This document shows, piece by piece, positions 12,718 to 24,260 of a DNA stretch of 64,000 bases (its first letter is position 1; each line of letters starts with the position of its first letter). The translations under genes were made by a program, and so were the position numbers. The notes under the pieces are model-generated. The model ran no database searches, was not told where the DNA came from, and saw only the letters and a list, made by a program, of their open reading frames with translations. The stretch comes from Octopus sinensis (taxonomy: Eukaryota), in assembly GCF_006345805.1 (NCBI RefSeq), contig NC_043013.1, positions 44,144,001-44,208,000 of the forward strand, read 5' to 3'.

Positions 12718-12937
12718 CCCTTTGGTGTTTAAACCAGCCATATCCGGCCCAAATATTCTAAATGTTTTATATTCACACTGGCAATATCTAGTCTCTCACA
12801 CCTAACCTACAATGTCATGCTAAAAGTAAACAATCACATCACTGAAACCGCAAAGCTATAAGATAATGCATGATTAATTCAAAACAATTTGAGTGAAAAA
12901 GTATTATATTTAACAGAGTAATCTGAACACTAAAGGG
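12718..12937. mobile_element. piggyBac-like MITE subfamily P2 (220 bp)
   Basis: TTAA|CCCTTT...AAAGGG|TTAA; related to 29293-29512 and 17540-17760. Confidence 0.9.
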
Positions 12938-13199
12938 TTAAGCAAATCTCTTCTACTCTCGCCCTTGGTTATTGAAGAAAGGTTTGGCAAATGGAAACTG
13001 AAAGAGTCCATTGTATATGTACAATGGCAGAAAATGTTTTGAATGAAAAATAGCCAGAGTAAAAAAGTGAAAAAGCTCAGAAAGTAATTACCTTTGCAGA
13101 CAACAACAAAGTTCTCTGAGTGAGTGGTGGATTTTTTCGCACGATGCATGTGTATAAAATACATTGGTGCTTGATAATGATAAAATATGAGCATTGAAT

Positions 13200-13598
13200 G
13201 CAGGAAATGTTTATTAAAGGAAAGAAAGAAACGTGGCTGACATGTTCTGCTGATTGTGTAATGATAGAAGAGAAATGAACTAAGAGTAAAACTGGGTACA
13301 GGAGGAATCAGATGTTATGATGGAAGAGACAAGCTCAGGCTTCTGTGGTCATGTGATGCAATATGGAAGATGACAACTGAGTGAAGAACTACCAAATGAA
13401 CCCAGTTGAAAAAATCTGCAGAAGAGAAAGAAATGGGATGAAGTGGTAAAAACTGATCACTAGAGGCCGACCCTTACAAAGATGACAACAAAGGATAAAA
13501 ATATCAAGCGTTAAGATGTTAAGATGCTGTGTTGAAAAAGACCCATCCAACTTTTGCAAGCATGGAAAAATGCATGTATTATTATTATTATTATTATT
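13200..13598 (+). pseudogene. Decayed RTE LINE 3' end
   Basis: ELRVKLG..GIRC..RL..GHVM..WDEVVK-like remnants across frames; ends ccaac..tgcaagcatggaaa then (ATT)n. Confidence 0.7.
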
Positions 13599-13599
13599 T

Positions 13600-13756
13600 G
13601 ATGAAAACTCTCAGCTTATTTTGCTGGGAATGATGGAAAGTTTCAGCTGTTCACAGCCACCAAACTAAGGTGGCACTTATTTACTGGTCATGCTTCAAGA
13701 ACCCCGTGAAAAATTCTTGCAGTTCCAAGCAATGCTGATTTCTGTAGCTGTTCTAT
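13600..13756 (-). pseudogene. Second R4/Dong-like 3' terminal fragment
   Basis: Minus strand EQLQKSALLGTARIFHGVLEA*; abuts the (TAA)n tract at 13578-13598. Confidence 0.8.
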
Positions 13757-14430
13757 CTTTACATCTCAAATTTCACCGAGGTCAACTTTGCCTTTCATCA
13801 ATAAATTAAAGTACCAGTTGAGTACGGGGGGGGGGGGGGTCGATATGATTGACTGTCCTCCCTCCCCCCCACAAAATCCAGGCCTTGTGCTTATAGTAGA
13901 AAGGATTATTATTATTATTATTCAGCGAGTTGACAGAATTGTTAGCAGGCTGGGCAAAATGTTTGACAACATTTCATCAATCTTTACAATCTGAGTTCAA
14001 ATACTGCTGAAGACAACTTTGCTCTCCATCCTTTCGGGATTGGTAAAATAAGTACCAGTTGTGCACTGGGATTAATGTAATTGACTTACCCCTGCCCCAG
14101 AATTGCTGGCCTTGTGTCAAAAGTTGAAACAATTATTATCATTATTATTATTTTTATTATTATCATTATCCTTATTATTATCATTATCATTATTATTATT
14201 ATTATTGTTGTTGTTGTTGTTATCATTGTTGTTGTTGTTGGCAGAATTGCTACCATAGTAGACAAAATGCTTAGTAGCATTTCTTCCAGTTTTTTTTTTA
14301 CATTCAGAGTTCAAATCCCATCAAAATCAATTTTGCCTTTCATCCTTTTGGGGGTTGCTGAAATAAAGAACCAGCCAGCTACCGGGATCGTCTGTGCAAT
14401 TCGTTTGCCCATCCCCTCAAAATTGGGTCA
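13755..14430 (+). mobile_element. Cluster of three degenerate SINE family B copies separated by (ATT)/(GTT) tracts
   Basis: Repeated gagttcaaat..tttgcctttcatcc motifs. Confidence 0.7.
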
Positions 14431-15478
14431 TGATACAATGAATGCCATGATACATGTCTGTGTGTCTGTGCATGTTTGCATATGCTAGATTTAATGTAAA
14501 GGGATAGGGTTCATTCTAAGATTGAAAGTTTAAGGTTTCCAATGACCTTGTAGAATTTCTCAAAGTGATTTTATTCTTACTTATATGCTTTCAACCTTGG
14601 ATAATAAATATCTTTCCCCATTTTCTTTTTGTTTTTTTCCCCCACTTTTTTTTCTTCTTTTCTGTAACCTGCTACTTTCCTGAAGGATCTAGTGAAAATA
14701 AGCTTTACAAAAGCAACACCAATAAATTAGGAGCAGGAAAATTAAATAAATAAACAGATGAAAAAAAAAAAAAGGATGTGAATCTATAGGGGCCGGGGAG
14801 TCACTACAGAGAGGTGCTTTCATTAAAGTGAATATCGTTTTTTATGTGTGAGAACAAATGTCCCTTAGTATATATATACAAAATAGATGTGTGGTGGCCC
14901 CAGGTCAGCCCTGAACCAGTAGACCTATTCTTTTACTTGTTTCAGTCATTTGACTGCAGCCATGCTGGAGCACTGCCTTTAGTCGGATCAAATCGACCCC
15001 AGGACTTATTTTTTGTAAGCCTAGTACTTATTCTATTGGTCTCTTTTGCTGAACTGCTAAGTTATGGTGACCTAACCACACTAGCATCGGTTGTCAAGCG
15101 ATGTTAGGGTGACACAAATACACAACACACACACACACATATATACGACAGGCTTCTTTCAGTTTCCGTCTACCAAATCCACTCACAAGGTTTTGGTTGG
15201 CCCAAGGCTATAGTAGAAGACACTTCCCCCAGGTGCCACGCAGTGGGACAGAACCCAGAACCATGTGGTTGGTAAGCAAGCTACTTTATTTTATCAAATC
15301 TGCCATAGAGGCAGTACATGACATTGATGAGGCAAATGATAATAATACAGGATGGTAAAAATGGGAGAAAACAGAAAGTGCCTGCCGACCCTCTGCTTCT
15401 CTATAACATTGTTTTTTTAAAAAGACACAGCTTGAGGTAATAACCCTCTTACAGAAATAACAACAATATTAATGCACA

Positions 15479-16723
15479 TTAACATATTTCGGTACTAAGT
15501 CTATTCTTTTTCGCCCCCGACCAGGTTGTGGGCTGCCATAGGTACTGACCCGGATCCCGGTCGGGGTCCCAAAACTCGATTCTGAACATGTCCTTTTTGA
15601 AGGAGCCCACCACCATGGCCATGTTGACTTCCGATATGACCTTCGCAGTCACCTGCGATGGCCAACTCCTGCCTTTGGTCGAGGCTAAGGGCTCCTCCTT
15701 CAAGCTTCGCTTCCTTAGGAAGCTTTCTATTGCCCCTCCCTTCAGAAAGAATACAACTAACTCATCTTCCCTCTTTCTGGGATGGGCCACTGCTCCCTCT
15801 GTCAGTGGCACTCTTTCCACCGACAGAGTTTCGGGGCATGATGGCAGTTGACGATCAACTGCCAGCGATGTCCCATTCTTTTTTTTCTTTTTCTTTTATT
15901 TTCTCTTCTTGACGGAAGGGTGGAGTTCCTCCAACTTGTCCAGGAGTCCCTCCTTCCCTCCTGCCACCTCAGAATCCATCGGTGGGCAACTATTGTTGCC
16001 CACCTTCTTTCTTTTTTTTCCTTTCAAGGGGGTTACCTCCTCCTCTACCTCTCCCTCCGTTGGAGGAAAACCATCCTCCTCTATTAATTTCTCCAGTGCC
16101 CTTGCTTGGTTCTTGGGACAATTCTTCTTGATGTGACCTGATTCCAGGCACAGGTGACACTTGGGTGGGGGTCCCCTCAAGAGTCACCAGGTTCCTAGAA
16201 CCAACCATCTTTAGAAAATCTGGGAAAATCAGATCTTTGGCTGATTAGGTCCATAGGGTCAAAATTGCTTTCGACCCCACCCAATCAGCCATAGGAAGCA
16301 TTCTAACATTCAAGAGCCTGGCTCCGTTGCCACCCAGACCCCAGCGGACAGTGTCCTCTATCCACTCAAGCTCTATTCCGGGTGGCATCCCACTCACCCA
16401 AGCTGTTGTCAATTTCCTCCCACGATATGTGGGGAGAAACAAAATTTTTTCCCATTCTAGGAGCTGACTAGCAAAAATGCTAGCCTCTTTAGGGGTGTCA
16501 AACAGCAACCACACTGTTGCAAATTTGTCACCCCTTGCAATATACTTGATAGTTGGCAGGTATTCTGCCAACTCCTTCTCAATCTCGACCTGAGAGAACA
16601 CAGTGATGGTGTCAAGGGACTTGAGCATGTCCTCAACACCACCATTCTCTCATTACGGTCCTCTAACCACCGCTTGGGGAGAAGAATTTCCCACTCCAGC
16701 ATAGTGGTTTTCTTTGTTGCCAT
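15479..16723 (-). pseudogene. Disrupted ORF1 (~415 codons): RRM-like region, CCHC zinc knuckle, charged low-complexity linker, C-terminal domain
   Basis: Four ORF-track segments join through two frameshifts (near 16650 and 16170) and two premature TAA (16245-16247, 15896-15898). Motifs LPTYRGRKLTTAWVSGMPP and CHLCLESGHIKKNC (CX2CX4HX4C). Confidence 0.85.
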
Positions 16724-16730
16724 GATTTAA

Positions 16731-16951
16731 CCCTTTCGTTACCAACCCAGCCGAAACTGGCTCTGGCTCTGTAGTACAAATGTCTTGTTTTCTTAAATTT
16801 CGAATTAAAATCTTCCACCAAATTTCAGTAACAATTTATGTTCCTAACAGTAGCTGAATGATAACTAAGTTATTTTGCTAAATTCTTTGGTATATTTAAA
16901 ATAATTGAAAGGAACACAGAGCATCTCAAAATAAATACGATAACAAAAGGG
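16731..16951. mobile_element. piggyBac-like MITE subfamily P1 inserted 3 bp upstream of the ORF1 ATG
   Basis: TTAA at 16727-16730 and 16952-16955; CCCTTT/AAAGGG termini. Confidence 0.92.
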
Positions 16952-17539
16952 TTAAAACCACAAAGAAGGAAAAGGAGTTCAACAAAAAGTTCAAATGTTC
17001 TAAATAAAAGTTCAGTAATAAACACAAAAAGTAACGGAAAGACAGAGCAGAGACAAAGAACGAAGGAAGACAGTTCAATCCACGGCAACACAAATTCCGC
17101 AACTCCGGTAATCCACAATAATACAGGGTACTCCAGTCGCAGCACAAATTAGTCCTTCCTGCCTTGGTACTCCTTGCCCGTGGTAAATCCAGTGGAACAA
17201 ACACAGTAACACAATTTTCAGAAACAAATTAATTTTTGCAGAGGGGCTACGCCTCCTCAAAAAAATACAATTCTCACTGCAAAGTGAGTCTTTACACACG
17301 ACCTCAGGCAGGCAAATGTCTGGAGCAGAGTGGAAACTGTTGCTCACCAAAAAATATTAAATACAGGACAACAAACTCCACAAAGCCCCCCCCCCCAATA
17401 CAACAAACGCCTACCTGTAGTCGAGCCTCAAAAGTTCAATATTTCACACCGAAAAACGTGACTTCAAGTAGCAAGAACTCTCTTGTAGTAAAGGCAAGCA
17501 AGTGACTTACCACACAGCCACTCCTGTGCCTATGATTAA

Positions 17540-17760
17540 CCCTTTCGTATTAAGATTACTCTGTGAGTTGCAATGCTTATTCATTCACATTGTTTTGAAT
17601 TAATCATACATTATCTCGTAACTTTGAGATTTTGACAATGTGATTGTTTATTTTTAGAATGACATTGTAGGGCAGGTGTGAGAGGCCTGCTCTAGTTAGA
17701 TGGATCATAAAACAGATTGAATATTTAGGCTGGCTATGGCCATTTTGAATGCCAAAATGA
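17540..17760. mobile_element. piggyBac-like MITE P2 with degenerate right end
   Basis: TTAA CCCTTT start; internal similarity to 29293-29512. Confidence 0.7.
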
Positions 17761-18414
17761 TACAGGGGCTCATGCCATAGCATTTTTTTAAAAATTAACT
17801 ATACAAGGGATTTATTCAATGTGTCCTTTTTAACAGTAAGATGTAACTGCAGAGAATTTAGTTGCTATTTCTAGCAATTCAAGTCACCATGCTGAATCTC
17901 CTTCTTTCTATTGGTTGGTTGATTCTGTAATCATTACATATGTTGCACTTTTATTGCAGATAACAACTTTTAATTAGTAATGTACACGGTACATAAGACA
18001 TACGAACAAGGAGTACTTGGTACATGTTGAAGAGTATATGGTTACTTTAAACTGAATATTTATCTTGCAACTCATGTTACACACTGCTGCAATCTTTCAT
18101 TGAGAACTAAAAGATCATAGCAGCATGTAACTTGAGTCCTGAGATAAATATTCTATTTAAATGTGTGTGTATGTATGTGTGTGCGTGTGTGTGTGTGAGA
18201 GAGAGAGAATATGTGTGTGTGTGTGTGTGTGTGTGTAATGTATATGTATCGATAAGCAAAACCTGAAGTCCCAGGCAACTTAAACTTTACAAGAAATTTG
18301 ACTCTACTCTCAGTATAGAGTCAGTAAATCTCCTTCAAAATTATAATCTTATTTTTAACATTTGTGTGTGTATGTGTGTGTGAGTGTGAAAGTGTGTGTA
18401 TGTGGTTATATATA

Positions 18415-19380
18415 TCATCATCATCATCATCATCGTTTAGCGTCCGTTTTCCATGCTAGCATGGGTTGGACGGGTCAACTGGGGTCTGTGAAGCTGGAAG
18501 GCTTCGTCAGGCCCAGTCAGATCTGGCAGTGTTTCTACGGCTGGATGCCCTTCCTAACGCCAACCACTCCGCGAGTGTAGTGGGTGTTTTTTACGTGCCA
18601 CCTGCACAGGTGCCAGACAGAGCTGGTGAACGGCCACGAACGGATGGTGCTTTTACGTGTCACCGGCTCGGGGCCAGGCGATGCTAGCAACGGACACGAA
18701 CGGATGGTGCTTTTACGTGCCACCGACACGGGGCCAGACAGAGCTCGCAACCGGCCACGAACGGACGGTGCTTTTACGTGTCACCGGCACGGGGGCCAGC
18801 CGAGGCTGGCAACGGATGTGAACGGATGGTGCTTTTACGTGCCACCGACACGGTTGCCAGACAGAGCTGGCAAACGGCCACGAGCGGACGGTGCTTTTAC
18901 GTGTCACTGGCACGGGGGCCAGCCGAGGCTGGCAACGGACGCGAACAGATGGTGCTTTTACGTGCCACCGACACGGTTGCCAGACAGAGCTGGCAAACGG
19001 CCACAAGCGGACGGTGCTTTTACGTGTCACCGGCACGGGGGCCAGCCGAGGCTGGCAACGGACACGGACGGATGGTGCTTTTACGTGCCACCGACACGGG
19101 GCCAGACAGAGCTGGCAAATGGCCACGAACGGATGGTGCTTTTACATGCCACCGACACGGGGCCAGACAGAGCTGGCCAACGGCCACGAACGGACGGTGC
19201 TTTTACGTGTCACCGGCACGGGGCCAGGCGAGGCTGGCAACGAACACGAACGGATGGTGCTTTTACGTGCCACCGACACGGGGCCAGGCAGAGCTGGCAA
19301 ACGGCCATGAGCGAATGGTGCTTTTACGTATCACCGGCACGGGTGCCAGACGAGGCTGACAGCGGACACGAACAGATGGG
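18415..19380 (-). mobile_element. Family C retroposon carrying a GC-rich 60-62-bp VNTR (13 units)
   Basis: (CAT)n tail and RTE-like 3' segment at 18415-18590; ggtgcttttac recurs at 18646, 18706, 18767, 18828, 18890, 18951, 19013, 19074, 19135, 19196, 19256, 19317. Confidence 0.9.
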
Positions 19381-19506
19381 TCACTTAACCCCTGCTTTCT
19401 GATATATGATTTGATATATATATATATATATATGAAGAAGGTTTGAAAATGCAATTTTAAAAAGTTTATTTACTTGACCCATCGAGCACCTTACAACTTC
19501 ACTTTG

Positions 19507-19567
<61 letters not shown>

Positions 19568-20645
19568 ATATTGTATGTGTGTGTATATATAGATGTGGTT
19601 GTGTGGTTAAGAAGTTTGCTTCTCAACCATGTAATCTTGAGTTCAGTCCCTCTGTGCAGCACTTCAGGTAAATGTCTTCTACTATAGCCCCTATCTGACC
19701 AAAATCTTGTGAGTATGACAGATGGACAAACAGAGGTGTTTTGTTAGAGGAGATTCATATTTACATTTAATGCAGAGGAATATAAGGGGTTAAAGACCTC
19801 AGATTGAAGGTAGACAATGGGTTCAGCTAGAAGAGACACAATATTTTCATTCTAGGTAGAAATGTTTGGAATTTTGACACAGTCAAAGTGAAGCAGGTTC
19901 CACTCCTTCTCTCAGTTGAGAGGTCCTTGTGTTGTGAGCACACAGGTGCTGGTACCATGTAGAAAGCCCTAATGCTAGTGGCACATGTAAAGCACCCATG
20001 CTGGTACTGCATGCAGTGTCATGTAGAAAGTACTTGGTACACTCTGTAAAGTGGTTGGCATTAGGAAGGATATCCAGCTGTAGAAACCCTGCCAAAATAG
20101 ACAATTGGAACATAGTGCATTTCCCTGGCTTGCCAATTCCTGTCAAATCATCCAACTCATGCCAGCATGGAAAATGAGTGTTAAATGGTGATAAACAGAT
20201 TGGGGATTTTTTTCATGTAGTTGCAGGTCAGCTTTGATTGATTATGTTCAAGGGCATTCCAACTGTGATCATTCCATCTGTTATTCAGATGCAATGTCTC
20301 TAAGATTATATTATACAAGTTGCCTTACTTTTTTCAAGACAGTAATGTGCAGTTTTAGAGACATTTGGCTGATATTTCTAGCAAGAGATGTAACCATATA
20401 GAGGTTCTTATTAGTGTTGTTGTTTAGCCCAGGTCAGTCCTAACTTCAATTGTAAGCCTGCATGAATAAAACCTGTGCAGCAGCAGCAGTAACAACTACA
20501 ACAATAATAGTAGTAGTAGTACTGTGGTACTAGGATTCAATCAAGCAGAATTATGATCAAAGGCATTCCAGCCATGACCATGCAGCATTTTGGTGCTTGT
20601 GTGTGGTGGAGGTGTATTTAAGAGTACATATTGAATACGTTCATT

Positions 20646-21061
20646 GGATCTTTTCGGTTTGAATGGTAGTTTTTTCTAGCGGTGTCATATGAAATTGTCA
20701 CCCATAATTATGACCCTAGTATCGATCTATTGCATTTCAATCTCTTTTCGGGTTAGGGTTAGGAGTGGGGGAAGGGTATTTTTTTTTCTTCAGAAATGTA
20801 AATAAACCCAATCTGTTTCTTAAACGAGAGACATATTCATACAGCACAGAATGTTATCACCTCAATAGACGTCATTGACTGGTTGAAATTGCAGAAATTG
20901 AAGAAAAAAAACAACAAATATCTTACAAACTATAGAATTTTCTCAATAAAGCCAAGAGAAAAAGATGTTTTATAAACACATTCTACCAGTATACGAAGTT
21001 TAAAAGTATTTAGTTACGTGGAAATTATTTTAAAAAACTGCCGTTCAAACCAAAAGGATCT
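20646..21061. mobile_element. MITE with GGATCTTTTCGGTTTGAA TIR and internal (TTAGGG)2
   Basis: ~29-bp TIRs; inverted homologue at 21933-22337. Confidence 0.88.
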
Positions 21062-21336
21062 TTTTTTGATTTAATTTTAAGACATCAATATATGGTTTGA
21101 GATAATAATGGGCATCAACAGGATCAGTGACAGAATAAGACACACTAGAATTGGATTAGATACACCCTCAGATAAGATAGAGAAATATATATTAGCAACA
21201 AAGGCAGTATTAATATCAAGAGGTAATATTTATCCCCACTTAAACGTGGATGTTCTATTTGAACAAACTATACTGCAGAAGTATTGCTAGTGATATAAAT
21301 AAGAGTGCATTTTGCACAAAAAAAGCCCATATATAA

Positions 21337-21733
21337 GCACAGGAGTGGCTGGTGGTAAGTAGCTTGCTTACCAACCACATGGGTCCGGGTTCAGTCCCAC
21401 TGCATGGCACCTTGGGCAAGTGTCTTCTACTATAGCCTCAGGCTGACCAAAGCCTTGTGAGTGGATTTGGTAGATGGAAACTGAAAGAAGCCCGTCGTAT
21501 ATATATATATGTATTTATATATATTTGTGTGTCTGTGTTTGTCTCCCCAATATCGCTTGACAACCGATGCTGGTGTGTTTACGTCCCCGTAACTTAGCGG
21601 TTTGGCAAAATAGACCGATAGAATAAGCACTAGGCTTACAAAGAACAAGTCCTGGGCATCGATTTCTTCGACTAAAGGTGGTGCTCCAGCATGGCCCCAG
21701 TCAAATGACTGAAACAAGTAAAAGAGTAAAGAG
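21337..21733 (+). mobile_element. SINE family A, full length
   Basis: Head, (TA) linker, body and tail all present. Confidence 0.92.
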
Positions 21734-21739
21734 TATGAA

Positions 21740-22400
21740 AGTGTCTCTCCAGATAACTACCACAGTATAGTTTGTTCTAATGGACCATCCACATTTTAAT
21801 GAAGATCAAGAAAGTAACTGTATGGTGATACTAAAGTGACAACCTGAAGAGAAAAAAGCAGCAGAGCACCCTAAGAGCACATGGCAAAGAACCATTGGCA
21901 AAGAAAGGAGACAAGAAGGGTAGAGAAGCTGGGGATCTTTTCGGTTTGAATGGCAGTTTTTAACATAATTTCTAGGTAACTAAACACTTTTAAACTTTGT
22001 ATACTGGTAGAATGTGTTTATAAAACATCTTTTTCTCTTGGCTTTATTGAGAAAATTCTATAGTTTATGAGATATTTGCTGTTTTTTTTTTCTTCAATTT
22101 CTGCAATTTCAACCAATCACTGACGTCTATTGAAGTAAAAAGCATTCTGTGCCGTATGAATATGCCCCTCGTTTAAGAAACAGATTGGGTTTAAGAAAAA
22201 AGATACCCTTCCCCCACCCCTAACCCTAACCCTAAAAGAGATTGAAATGCAATAGATCAATTCTAGGGTCATAATTATGGGTGACAATTTCATATGACAC
22301 CGCTAGAAAAAAACTGCCGTTCAAACCGAAAAGATCCGATGCTGGAATGGAACCAGAACAGTGGCAGAAAACAAAGCTGGTTGGAGAGATCTAACTAACT
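21740..22400 (+). pseudogene. RTE LINE 3' remnant interrupted by a MITE
   Basis: QPEEKKAAEHPKSTWQRTIGKERRQEG*RSW|NGTRTVAENKAGWRDL resembles the RTE C-terminal P..KR.RGRPK.TW motif. Confidence 0.7.
21933..22337. mobile_element. GGATC-TIR MITE with 8-bp TSD
   Basis: TSD gaagctgg (21925-21932) / gatgctgg (22338-22345); internal (CCCTAA)3. Confidence 0.9.
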
Positions 22401-22765
22401 AACTGGTTTGAGAGAAGCTCTCTTGGACAGTAGTAGTAGTAGAAGCAACAGCAGCAGTAGTAGTTGTAGTAGTGGTGGTGATAGAGAATGTTGAGAAATA
22501 TGTCTGATTGTGTGTGAAGATGTTGGCTGATAATAAGATTGACAGTAAGTCAATGAGGAACACATGTGGAAGGATATATTGTGATATGTGATACCATATG
22601 ATATGATGAGGTTGGTTGGGAGTCAGGAGAGGGACTGGAATATATGGCCTCTGGAATGTGGATTATTTAACAGTTTGCATTGAAATGGACCATATCATAT
22701 ACATACATACATATGTATGTGTATATGCTTGTAATTTATATTTGTCTATAATATGTATATATATA

Positions 22766-22807
<42 letters not shown>

Positions 22808-23058
22808 TATATATATTATAATATATACAAAATAATGTATGTGTGCATGCAAGCTGTATAATCAGTCTGACTCCTTAATTTGTGATAGATACCTTCAGCA
22901 TCTACAGCAACCCTAGTTCTATCTCTGGTTCCCTTATTTGTAAGTAGACTAATCATAAATTTCTGTTAGTGATTGAAAGCACGTAACCATAACAACCATA
23001 CGTGGCCAAGGGAAATCATCAAACGACTTTTTAGCACCCTACAATGTTAAAGTCTTAA

Positions 23059-23280
23059 CCCTTTCATTACTGTATTTATTTTGAGATGCTCTGTGTTTCT
23101 CTCAATTAATTTTAAATATAACAAAGGATTTAGTAAAATAACTTAGTTATCATTCAGCTAGAGTTAGGAACATAAATTGTGGCTAAGGTTTGGTGGAAGA
23201 TTTTGATTCAAAACTCCTGAAAACAAGACATTTGTACTACAGAGTCAGAGCCGGTTTCAGCCGGGTTGGTAACGAAAGGG
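23059..23280. mobile_element. piggyBac-like MITE P1
   Basis: TTAA|CCCTTT...AAAGGG|TTAA; opposite orientation to 16731-16951. Confidence 0.92.
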
Positions 23281-23879
23281 TTAAATTCTATATATCTCTT
23301 TTACTCTTTTACTTTTACTTGTTTCAGTCATTTGACTGTGGCCATGCTGGAGTACTGCCTCTAGTCGAAGAAATCGACCCCAGGACTTTTTCTTTGTAAG
23401 CCTAGTACTTATTCTATCGGTCTCTTTTGCCGAACCGGTAAGTTACAGGGACGTAAACACACCAGCATAGGTTATCACCCTTCTAAGAATATAGAAAAAT
23501 TACTTTTGAATTGAATGTAAGTTTGCAATATTTCTAACTTCAATACAAATATTTAGATGTTCATATTAATAACCAAATATGCATTTTAACCTATTTCAAA
23601 GGAAATATGCAGTCGTTGTGTTTTGATCAATCATGTAAATAATGAAGAACTTGGAGGGATCATAGTAAAATAAATAACTTTGTCTTAATTAATTTAATGT
23701 TTGGAAAATATTGGAAGATAGCATAACAAAAATCTCTTACATAAAATTTTGATATAAGGGTTGAATTTAAATGTAAACACTTCAAATCAGGTATGTTTCG
23801 TTTCATAGAACATTGGGGAGTCAGTATCAGGAAGGTTGACATTAAAAGAGTTAAACAGCTTCAACTTAAAATTTGTTTA

Positions 23880-24042
23880 GGCGCAGGAGTGGCTGTGTGG
23901 TAAATTAGCTTGCTTACCAACCACATGGTTCCGGGTTCAGTCCCACTGCGTGGCACCTTGGGCAAGTGTCTTCTACTATAGCCTCAGGCCAACCAAAGCC
24001 TTGTGAGTGGATTTGGTAGATGGAAACTGAAAGAAACCTGTC

Positions 24043-24092
<50 letters not shown>

Positions 24093-24260
24093 GTTTGTGT
24101 GTCTGTGTTTGTCACCCCAACATCGCTTGACAACTGATGCTGGTGTGTTTACGTCCCCGTAACTTAGTGGTTCGGCAAAAGAGACCGATAGGCTTCCAAA
24201 GAATAAAAGGCAGTGCTCCAGCATGGCTGCAGTCAAATGACTGAAACCAGTAAAAGAGTA
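23880..24260 (+). mobile_element. SINE family A (with a minus-strand 3' half copy at 23298-23475)
   Basis: Complete head ggagtggctgtgtggtaa..ccgggttcagtcccactg and tail. Confidence 0.9.

Larger units (their letters stand above)
15287..17492 (-). mobile_element. ORF1-only (HAL1-like) non-autonomous Tx1/L1-type retroposon
   Basis: 16-bp TSD, 13/16 identical (15271-15286 / 17493-17508); 5' UTR, one gag-like ORF, ~190-bp 3' UTR ending ATAAAATAAA; no ORF2. Confidence 0.8.
14929..17531 (-). mobile_element. SINE family A split by a 2.2-kb insertion (parts 14929-15286 and 17493-17531)
   Basis: Body ends ..ggttggtaagcaagctactt; head resumes ggcaagcaagtgacttaccacacagccactcc. Confidence 0.88.

Noticed and set aside
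18586-19380. CRISPR-like appearance of the repeat array
   Set aside because: The segments between conserved motifs are themselves repeats (A/B types), not unique spacers; eukaryotic context and no cas genes.
18584-19402. 272-aa and overlapping repetitive ORFs
   Set aside because: Open in several frames on both strands because the array is a GC-rich VNTR; no domain evidence.
20750-20763. Interstitial telomere or chromosome fusion site
   Set aside because: Only 2-3 TTAGGG units, and they are an internal part of a MITE present twice.
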